DNA of 63,859 bases, counting the filler, from Chrysochromulina tobinii (taxonomy: Eukaryota), in assembly GCA_001275005.1 (NCBI GenBank). It is 9 parts of 9 records of this genome, joined end to end, with 100 filler letters (N's around TTAATTAATTAA, not from the genome) between each part and the next. Parts side by side here need not be neighbours in the genome. Positions count along the whole stretch, not along the records: positions 33,597 to 48,212 come from JWZX01000006.1; positions 48,313 to 57,043 come from JWZX01000007.1; 7 more parts are not named here. One strand, given 5' to 3'. Of this stretch, positions 46,092 to 54,049 are shown piece after piece. A model generated the notes under the pieces. That model was given only the letters and a program-made list of their open reading frames with translations, was not told the DNA's origin and did not search any database. How positions within the stretch are numbered: position 1 is the first letter of the stretch; each line of letters begins with the position of its first letter. A program made the translations under genes and the position numbers.

Positions 46092-47903
46092 TCACCTGGC
46101 CACGTCACCAGGGTGGACCTGCTTCGCCCCAACGCTCTCTGCGCTCTCTCGAGCCTCTCGTTTGCAGATCCCTTGCTTGGCTCTCGGGGCCGTGCACCCG
46201 GCGATGCCTGTTCGGCACGTCACATACTGTGAGCAGTCATTGGCGGGTGCAGGGCTGTAAGAGCCTGGCCGGTTGTTCGTCCACCACGCCCATCCAGATT
46301 CGGGCAACGTTACGCGGAATGGCTTGGCTGTCTGCAGCCCCGAGACGCGGTTGTACACGAGGACGCACATGTCGTAATTACCGTTGGCAGCGCTTGAGGG
46401 GATCGTCAGAGCAAAGTGAAAGCTGCGAGACGGTGTAGAGCCGGCATGCATCGTGGTGCCTACCGTCACGACGTCACCGTAGTAGGAGACCTTGCCCCAA
46501 CCGGCGGGGAGATTGACGACATCAAGAGCAAATGTAGACTGTCCACAGCTGCCCTCGTCGACGTCCTCGGCCTGGCTGACCTTCCAGTAGCCCTTGCGCG
46601 TAGCCCCCGCCACGCTCGACACAGCCTTCAGCTCATCGATCAATGATTGGGTCTCGCAACTCGAGCAAGAGCCGTCCATCAACAGCTCATACTCCCCAAA
46701 GAGACCCGCGCCGATGCGTGGGTAGTCGCGGTAGCACGTCGTGTCGATGCAGCCATACTCGACCGTGAAGTTCACCGAGAGCCCGTCGGGACTCGGCCTC
46801 ACCTGGCTCAGTTTGATCCCAGTCGTCTGATCCACAAACGTCTTACCGGCATTAAGCGTCACCTTCACCATCTCTCCGTCTTGCCATGCTTCGCTGTCGG
46901 CGTATGCGCCGCCGCCGCACATCTGTCGCGTCGCATCGATGAGATAGCCCTCCTTATGCAGGAACAGCCCGGCTTGGTTGTATGCGACTTCCGGGTAGCT
47001 TCCGCTGTTCCACGTGTTACCGGCGCCAGAGCCGATGAATTCAACCCAAATGCCGTCTGCCTCGGTGCTTCCGGCAGGCGTGCGCACAAATGCCGCCCGC
47101 TTCAAGGAGCCCACCGAGGGCACCGCGGACATGGGTGCGTTCAGCGCGCCGATCGTGAACGTGCCCGCGCTCGTCACGCCTAAGACTTCATCGCTCCCAA
47201 ACCAGCCAAGATAGTAGCGTGCCCGTGCGCGGAATCCGGCGAGGAGCTTTGCGCCGCCCACGGTGTCGAACATGTCTCCATACTCGTACAACGTGCATTT
47301 GAGAGTATTGGAAGGCTCGGAGAGGCACTGATACGCATTGCTGTGCTGCTGGTATCGGAACATGTGTAGCATCTCGTGCATCATCCCGAGCTGCGACACT
47401 GGGAGAGGGCACGACCATCCGGAACATGAACTCTGCAGGACTACACTCGCCCTCACACTATTGAAGAGGAAGTTGGATGTGACGCTGATCCCGTTGATCG
47501 TTCTCACACACTGTTGCCCGATGATCCTGAAGTGGCGCACTCGTCGTTGACTACCATTATGATGATCGTGTCGTAGTTGGCAGGCACGAAGCTGCTGGTA
47601 GTCTGTATGTTGTTTGGAAGGTTGAACGATCGCGCACGAGCCATCATTTCTCTTCTCGGCGATGCCGAGCGGCGCGGCGAAACCATCAATATCGTATGAA
47701 GCACATCCAGATGATGCATTCGTGATAAAGGTTCGGAATGCGCCGCCGGCATAGAAGCTGGCAATCGCGCTGGCCGGCGGCGATGGCACGTTAGAAAACG
47801 TAAGCGCTAGCAGCGCGAACCTGTGGGACGTTCCGGACTTGGGAGCGGGGGGAAGTGCCCAGCTACGAGGGAGCGCTGGAATCGCCGGCTTGCACGCTGG
47901 CAT
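46092..47903 (-). CDS. Zinc metalloprotease, gametolysin/M11-like; both ends uncertain
   Basis: HEMLHMFRYQQH zinc motif followed by YEYGD..DTVG and YYLGW; Cys-rich beta C-terminal region. Confidence 0.7.
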   Translation of the reverse strand: MPACKPAIPALPRSWALPPAPKSGTSHRFALLALTFSNVPSPPASAIASFYAGGAFRTFITNASSGCASYDIDGFAAPLGIAEKRNDGSCAIVQPSKQHTDYQQLRACQLRHDHHNGSQRRVRHFRIIGQQCVRTINGISVTSNFLFNSVRASVVLQSSCSGWSCPLPVSQLGMMHEMLHMFRYQQHSNAYQCLSEPSNTLKCTLYEYGDMFDTVGGAKLLAGFRARARYYLGWFGSDEVLGVTSAGTFTIGALNAPMSAVPSVGSLKRAAFVRTPAGSTEADGIWVEFIGSGAGNTWNSGSYPEVAYNQAGLFLHKEGYLIDATRQMCGGGAYADSEAWQDGEMVKVTLNAGKTFVDQTTGIKLSQVRPSPDGLSVNFTVEYGCIDTTCYRDYPRIGAGLFGEYELLMDGSCSSCETQSLIDELKAVSSVAGATRKGYWKVSQAEDVDEGSCGQSTFALDVVNLPAGWGKVSYYGDVVTVGTTMHAGSTPSRSFHFALTIPSSAANGNYDMCVLVYNRVSGLQTAKPFRVTLPESGWAWWTNNRPGSYSPAPANDCSQYVTCRTGIAGCTAPRAKQGICKREARESAESVGAKQVHPGDVAR

Positions 47904-47986
47904 TGAAGGTGATGAGGCGTCTGGTATCCTATTCTGTGCCGGTACGCGTGTGGATGTGAGCGTCCAGGAGATCTTGTCGAGGTTGT

Positions 47987-48212
47987 TGCTCAACCCGGAC
48001 TTATTTCGTGACGGTATGCTCAACCCGGACTTATCAAGTCCGGGTTGAGCTAAGTCCGGGTTGAGCATATGGTTTGCGTGCTCAACCCGGACTTAGCTAG
48101 TGTGACCGTGAATTCACAGCTTCCTAAGTCCGGGTTGAGCATATGGTTTGCGTGCTCAACCCGGACTTAGCTAGTGTGACCGTGAATTCACAGTGGCTAA
48201 GTCCGGGTTGAG
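47987..48212. repeat. Array of eight 17-mers TGCTCAACCCGGACTTA in both orientations (foldback/MITE-like end)
   Basis: Forward copies at 47987, 48017, 48079, 48153; reverse copies at ~48035, 48051, 48125, 48198; 73-74 nt higher-order unit running into the contig end. Confidence 0.85.
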
Positions 48213-48314
48213 NNNNNNNNNNNNNNNNNNNNNNNNNNNNNNNNNNNNNNNNNNNNTTAATTAATTAANNNNNNNNNNNNNNNNNNNNNNNNNNNNNNNN
48301 NNNNNNNNNNNNCC

Positions 48315-50000
48315 GGCCACCTCGCCGGCAAGAGTGGCCCGGAGCTCGGGCGGCTGCTGGGTGTCGTGAGCGACTTCCCCACCGAGGCGGAGCGGCAGGC
48401 AGCGACGGAGGAGCCCCTCTACACGCAAGACGCTCAGCACGACGCCACCGCACCGCGAGCGGCCGACGCACCCACACCGCCAGCGCCCGTGTGCTGGCTC
48501 TCGACACAGCTCGTCAACGAGGACGTCCTCGAGGACGCCCTCGCGGACGCCGACGTGCCGACGCTGCGCGCGCTCAAGGGCGTGAGCCTCGCGTGGCGCG
48601 CGCGGGCGCGGCGCGTCCTGTGCGCGCGGCTGTGCGCACGCGTCGGCCTGCCCCTCACGAGCAACCTCGTCGAGGTGACCGAGCTCAACCTCTCGGACAG
48701 CCGCACCGCCGGTCGCCTCTTCGCCGACGCGGTCGACGCGTCGCGCTGGCTGCCCAACCTGGCAAAGGTGACGGGGCTGGGCGGCTTCGAGGTGGACGTG
48801 GCCGCGCTGAGGAGTGTGGCGTCTTCGGATGGATCAGAAGAAGATGAAGATGGTCCGCAACCGTATCCGATGGCAGGGGTGCGCGCATGCATCCGCGGCG
48901 AGGGCGAGGCGCCGATGGAGGTGCTGCTTGCCGCGTGCGTGCTGCGCCGTGGCGAGGCGCGCGTGCCGCCAAGCGCGTTCTTCGAGGACAGGTCGATTAC
49001 GTCGATCGCGCTGCCCGCCGGCCTCACGAGCGTCGGTGAGTTCGCCTTCTGGGGCTGCTCCTCGTTGACGTCGATCGAGCTGCCCGCGGGCCTCACAAGC
49101 CTCGGTGAGGACGCCTTCTCTGGCTGCTCCTCGATGACGTCGATCGAGCTGCCCGCCGGCCTCACGAGCCTCGCTGAGCGCGCCTTCTATGGCTGCTCCT
49201 CGTTGACGTCGATCGAGCTGCCCGCCGGCCTCACGATCCTCGGTCGTGGCGCCTTCGTCGACTGCTCCTCGTTGACGTCGATCGAGCTGCCCGCCGGCCT
49301 CTCGAGCCTCGGTGAGTGCGCCTTCGCTGGCTGCTCCTCGTTGACGTCGATCAAGCTGCCCGCCGGCCTCACGAGCCTCGGTGAGGTCGCCTTCTGTGGC
49401 TGTTCCTCAATGACGTCAATCGCGCTGCCCACCGGCCTCACGAGCATCGATGAGGACGCCTTCTATTACTGCTCCTCGTTGACGTCAATCGAGCTGCCCG
49501 CCGGCCTCACAAGCATCGGTCATGGCGCCTTCCGTGACTGCTCCTCGTTGACGTCGATCAAGCTGCCCGCCGGCCTCACGAGCCTCGGTAAGGAGGCCTT
49601 CACTGGCTGCTCCTCGATAACGTCGATCGCGCTGCCCGCCGGCCTCACGAGCATTGGTGAGGGCGCCTTCAAGGACTGCTCCTCGTTGACGTCGATCGAG
49701 CTGCCCACCGGCCTCACGAGCCTCGGTAAGGAGGCCTTCTATGGCTGCTCCTCGATGTCGTCGATTGAGCTGCCCGCTGGCCTCACGAGCCTCGGTAGGT
49801 ACGCCTTCTATCGCTGCTCCTCGATGACGTCGATCGAGCTGCCCGCTGGCCTCACGAGCCTCGGTGAGGGCGCCTTCTCTGGCTGCTCCTCGTTGACGTC
49901 GATCGCGCTGCCCGACGGCTTCGATGAAAGCATTCTCAGGTTCGCCCAAGTGCCACCCAGCGCCATCCTTCGCTTTGGACCGGCAGTTGACGTCGATTGA
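48315..50000 (+). CDS. Skp1-F-box-BspA-type LRR protein, copy A (5' truncated, 13 LRRs)
   Basis: GKSGPELGRLLGVVSDF (Skp1 tail), EDVLEDAL...LKGVSLAWR (F-box-like), 69-nt repeats at 48993-49889. Confidence 0.85.
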   Translation, partial: GHLAGKSGPELGRLLGVVSDFPTEAERQAATEEPLYTQDAQHDATAPRAADAPTPPAPVCWLSTQLVNEDVLEDALADADVPTLRALKGVSLAWRARARRVLCARLCARVGLPLTSNLVEVTELNLSDSRTAGRLFADAVDASRWLPNLAKVTGLGGFEVDVAALRSVASSDGSEEDEDGPQPYPMAGVRACIRGEGEAPMEVLLAACVLRRGEARVPPSAFFEDRSITSIALPAGLTSVGEFAFWGCSSLTSIELPAGLTSLGEDAFSGCSSMTSIELPAGLTSLAERAFYGCSSLTSIELPAGLTILGRGAFVDCSSLTSIELPAGLSSLGECAFAGCSSLTSIKLPAGLTSLGEVAFCGCSSMTSIALPTGLTSIDEDAFYYCSSLTSIELPAGLTSIGHGAFRDCSSLTSIKLPAGLTSLGKEAFTGCSSITSIALPAGLTSIGEGAFKDCSSLTSIELPTGLTSLGKEAFYGCSSMSSIELPAGLTSLGRYAFYRCSSMTSIELPAGLTSLGEGAFSGCSSLTSIALPDGFDESILRFAQVPPSAILRFGPAVDVD

Positions 50001-50677
50001 GCTTTCCGCTGCCCGCTGGCCTCACAAGCCTCGGTGATGTTGCCTTCTCTGGCTGCTCCTCAATGGTGTCAATAAAGCTGCCTTCCTGCCTCATAAGCCT
50101 CAGTGCCAAAGTGCACTGTCTTAGTACGGTCCTGCAAACCTTCTGCAAACCGTAGCAGCGAGGCGCATTTCATTGGTTCCTAGTACCTAGAGTCCTAGTT
50201 TACTGGTTGGCAGATCATGTGGGCGAAACCAAATGAACTGTGCATATTCGGAATTTATAGCGATTGAATACGATACTTTCGTTTTCCTGGATGCAGAGCG
50301 TAATCATGAACGTAATATAACACGAGGCAGCCGGTGCGAACTGCGAAGCCGGAAGGTGCGTCGCGCCGGTCGTTACACGACCGGACAAAGAGTATCCATC
50401 CGTGCGTTCTCTAGACTCTATACTGTGTAATACTGTGTCTCGCGATGGACCATGCCGGATGGTGTCTCGTGTCGAGTCTCGGGAGCTCATGCTCGGGAGG
50501 GTCTGACGAATTGCTGACGACGCGACTGACGTCCGACCCTCCGCCGGTCCACGTGAAACGAGTGACTGGCGGGGCCCTGCCCCTGGCCGTAAAAGGGGCC
50601 CTTCAGCCATGCCGGATAGGCCCTTGATTATTTAGGCCTTCATGGGGACAATAGGACGCGGCCGCAACGGCGACCGA

Positions 50678-50848
50678 GCTCAGTGCGGCGCCTCCACAGC
50701 TTGCTGCTGAGCGCTCAGTGCGGCGCCTCCACAGCTTGCTGCTGAGCGCTCAGTGCGGCGCCTCCACAGCTTGCTGCTGTGTGCTCAGTGCGGCGCCTCC
50801 ACAGCTTGCTGCTGTGTGCTCATTGCGGCGCCTCCACAGCTTGCTGCC
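50678..50848. repeat. 35-nt minisatellite, five copies
   Basis: GCTCAGTGCGGCGCCTCCACAGCTTGCTGCTGAGC in tandem with no spacers. Confidence 0.9.
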
Positions 50849-50885
50849 CTAGCCTACGGCTGCCCTGGCCTACGGCTGTCCTGGC

Positions 50886-52562
50886 CTACGGCTGTCCTGG
50901 CCTACAGCTGCTGCCGTACACAGCGCGTGGCTTTCCCGCCGCCTCCCACGCCGCCCGCCGCTCGGCGACGCCATGTCGGTCGCGGGGCAGCAGGCGCGCC
51001 GAGTTGGGCGGTGGCACGCCGAGGCGCGCGTCGCGCTGGGCGTCGGTTTCGTCGCGCGATCTGCGCACGAGCTCGTCGATGTGCAGCGTGAGCGGCCGGC
51101 GCAGCCCGAGATGCACAGTCTCGCCCTCGAGCACATTGAGCTCACGCAGCGCCGCGCTGAGGGGCTCGAGATGGCAATCTCCGCAATCTCCGCGACCTAC
51201 GCGAACTACTCGATCTCCTCGATCTCCTCGATCTCCTCGATCTCCTCGATCTCCTCGATCTCCGCGATCTCCTCGATCTCCGCGATCTCCTCGATCTCCT
51301 CGATCTCCGCCCCGTTTGGGTCGCGCCGGGCGCGGCAGCGGCGCGCCGTTAATCGAGGTGACGATGTCGCCGATGATCATTCCGGACGACGCGGCCGCGC
51401 TGAACGGCTCGATCGCACACACCGCATGCGCCCGATTGAGTGCAAACCCTAATGAGGCCACCCCCTCGTCCCCAGCGGCCGTTGAGGGGCGCCCAGCCAC
51501 CAGAGAAAGGGTCAGCTCGAGAGGGGGATCGGGCGCCGTCCTGGGCGCCGCGACTAGGGGCGGCTGCGCGCGCGGGCCGCGTCCGTCGCCTTCTATGGGC
51601 GCCGTCCTGGGCATGAGGACAAGGTGCCCTGAGCTCTCCACGGCGCTCGGCGCGCCGTCGTGGGCGCTCGCGCCAGCGCTGCGGCGGAGACCAGCGCCGT
51701 CGTGGTCGCCGCCCGTGGGGTGCGCGGGCCTCGAGAATGGCGGCGGTGGGACCAGCCCAGCGCCGCCAGCGCCGCCAGCGCCGCCAGCGCCGCCAGCGCC
51801 GCCAGAGCCGCCAGAGCCGCCAGAGCCGCCAGTGCCGCCAGTGCCGCCTTTGCTGCCGCCCACGCCGTCGCCCACGCCGTCGCCGCCCCGGCTCTTACGA
51901 AGCCCTGACGTATCCTCAAAGCCACGCTTACGAAGCCCTGACGAATCCTCAAAGCCGCCTGCCACGGCGCCCATCGCCTTCTCCTCCTCCTCCTCGCGAG
52001 CGCCACGCCACCCACCGTACAAGTCGACAAATACGCCGTCCTCTTCCTCACCCAGCTCGGCCGAACTCCATGCGGCGCTCGCGCCGGCGCTCGCCGGTGC
52101 GGCGGCCTCGTGGCGCGCACGAGGCAGCTTGCGGCTCTGTAACTGCGCGAGCTCCGCGCGCGCCGCGAGCCGCGCGTCGGCCATCGCACCACTCTCGAGC
52201 ACCGCCCATGCCCTCACGGAGGGACGCAGCGGCGGCCCATCGCGTTCACAAGCCAACTGGACGAGGACAATGTGCTGGCCGCTGTCGGCGAGCAGCGTCA
52301 GCACGTCATCGTGCGAGAGGGTCACCTGGTTGCCGGCCACGAGCGGGCGACACTGGCCCCGTGATGAGCGCAGCCTGCCGGCGTGCTTGGCCATCCAGGT
52401 CACCGTCGGCTGATGCTGGTCAAGAGCCACGACCGCGTGCCGTCGAGAGAGGCGCACATCGTCGGGAATGCCGCACACGCCCCGCCCGAGGATGGCGGTG
52501 CCGCCCGGCGCCATACTGATCTCGCCGAGCGGCGCTATGAGCACAAGCACCCTGTGCTCCAT
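50886..52562 (-). CDS. FHA-domain (PNKP/APTX-like) + PDZ-like protein
   Basis: ILGRG...DVRLSRRHA (FHA); GFAL...SAAASSGMIIGDIVTSING (PDZ); (GDR)n insert. Confidence 0.65.
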   Translation of the reverse strand: MEHRVLVLIAPLGEISMAPGGTAILGRGVCGIPDDVRLSRRHAVVALDQHQPTVTWMAKHAGRLRSSRGQCRPLVAGNQVTLSHDDVLTLLADSGQHIVLVQLACERDGPPLRPSVRAWAVLESGAMADARLAARAELAQLQSRKLPRARHEAAAPASAGASAAWSSAELGEEEDGVFVDLYGGWRGAREEEEEKAMGAVAGGFEDSSGLRKRGFEDTSGLRKSRGGDGVGDGVGGSKGGTGGTGGSGGSGGSGGAGGAGGAGGAGGAGLVPPPPFSRPAHPTGGDHDGAGLRRSAGASAHDGAPSAVESSGHLVLMPRTAPIEGDGRGPRAQPPLVAAPRTAPDPPLELTLSLVAGRPSTAAGDEGVASLGFALNRAHAVCAIEPFSAAASSGMIIGDIVTSINGAPLPRPARPKRGGDRGDRGDRGDRGDRGDRGDRGDRGDRGDRGDRVVRVGRGDCGDCHLEPLSAALRELNVLEGETVHLGLRRPLTLHIDELVRRSRDETDAQRDARLGVPPPNSARLLPRDRHGVAERRAAWEAAGKPRAVYGSSCRPGQP

Positions 52563-52715
52563 CCAAGCGCCGTCCGAAAGCGAAAAAATACCCCATGAAG
52601 ACTACACATGATCATATGTGAAGGACGAGAAGTCGGGATGGCGGTCTGCAATTCCCCTTTGCCCCCTCGACCAAGTCGAAACAAACTTGGCGTCGCCTTG
52701 CCATTTCCGCCGCGG

Positions 52716-53444
52716 ATGGGCGCGGAGCAGTCGGCGCAGGCCAACGCGGCGGCGGCCACGGCCTTTAAGACGTTTTACGCGTCGTTGCCCGACGAGGCGC
52801 ACGCACAGATCCAGGCCCTCTGCGCCAAGGACGACGTCCGCCTGCTGCACCCGAATCCGCACGCGCCGCCGCCCTTTCCGGCGGTGCCCATCGGCGTGAC
52901 GGTGAGGCTGAGCGAGGGGATGGCGGCCGCCGCGCTGGCGACGGTGCCACGGCTGCAGCGCAAGCATTACGAGCTCATCCCAAAGTCGCTCACGGAGATG
53001 GACTTTTGGATCTCCTTTTTCACGCACGTGACGGTCATCGTGCAACAGTGCTGCCCGGCACAGATGGCAGCGCTGGCCAAAGCGAGCGGCGAGGACAACT
53101 GGAAGGGGAACGACACGCGTCAATCCGCAAACAGCTTTGAGGCCGTGTGGGCTGCCCTCACGGACGCGCAGCGCGCCGCCGTCGTCGCCCTGTGTGCGCG
53201 AGAGAGCGACGCGTTGCTCGAGCCGAACACGGCTGCGGCGCCGCCCGCCTTCCCCACGCTGCCGCTGGGACTCGAGTGCTTCTTGGACGAGACGGCGGCG
53301 ACGGCGGCGCTGACGCACGTGCCCGGCCTGCAGAAGAAGCACTACGCCCTCGTCCCCAAGAAGCTCAGCGAGCGTGCCTTTTGGACCAACTTCTTCACAC
53401 ACCTGACTGCTGTGGTGCGACCCACGGCCGGCGGCTCCGTCTAA
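52716..53444 (+). CDS. Tandem BSD-domain protein, possible N-myristoylation
   Basis: Two copies of P.LQ.KHY.L.PK.L.E..FW..FF; MGAEQS start. Confidence 0.8.
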   Translation: MGAEQSAQANAAAATAFKTFYASLPDEAHAQIQALCAKDDVRLLHPNPHAPPPFPAVPIGVTVRLSEGMAAAALATVPRLQRKHYELIPKSLTEMDFWISFFTHVTVIVQQCCPAQMAALAKASGEDNWKGNDTRQSANSFEAVWAALTDAQRAAVVALCARESDALLEPNTAAAPPAFPTLPLGLECFLDETAATAALTHVPGLQKKHYALVPKKLSERAFWTNFFTHLTAVVRPTAGGSV

Positions 53445-54049
53445 CGGCTGGCTAACGGCCGGCGGCTCGCATCTAACGGCTGGCTAACGGCCGGCGGCTC
53501 GTGCCAGGTCCTCACGGCCGGCGGCTCGTGCCAGGTCCTCACGGCCGGCGGCTCCGTCGGACCGACTGCCAGCAGCTCCGTCTGAGCGTGGCGCCCGCCA
53601 TGGCGCCCGCCGCTGGAGGGGGAGCACGCGTCGCCTCTCGCGAGGCCACATCATCGGCCTAAGCGTCGAATGTAGGGCGCACGTGTGTCCACAGCAGACA
53701 GGAACAAGTTGAATATTCAATCATACGAAGAAAGTGTCTCTGTAGTCTGTTCAACACGAGTACACGACCCGACTAAGACCCGACCGGTCACCGGACGACT
53801 CGTGACTCACGTGACACGTCACACGAGACACGTGTTACCGATACCGTTCGTGAGTTCGCGCGTATCGTATTCGCATTTTAACTTAGTACTTACGTATTTG
53901 CCGAGTCGCCGTACGTATACGCCAAAACTCTCCAGTACACGCGGGTAGCCACGGAGTTATTCAATGTTGCCCGTGCAGCAATCGAAGGTCGGGCAGCAGC
54001 TGTCGAAGCTCCGTCCAGGTTGCCAGGAGAGCCTAGGTGAGAGGGCCGC

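Noticed and set aside
48993..49889. Diversity-generating retroelement as the source of LRR variation
   Set aside because: No reverse transcriptase or template repeat is in the window, and the changes do not appear restricted to adenines.
50678..50848. 35-nt repeat as a CRISPR array
   Set aside because: Units are directly adjacent with no spacers, there are no cas genes, and the context is eukaryotic.
51205..51310. (GDR)n tract as RGD adhesion motifs or as an intron
   Set aside because: It is a 9-nt microsatellite in a probably intracellular protein, and I could not fix splice boundaries.
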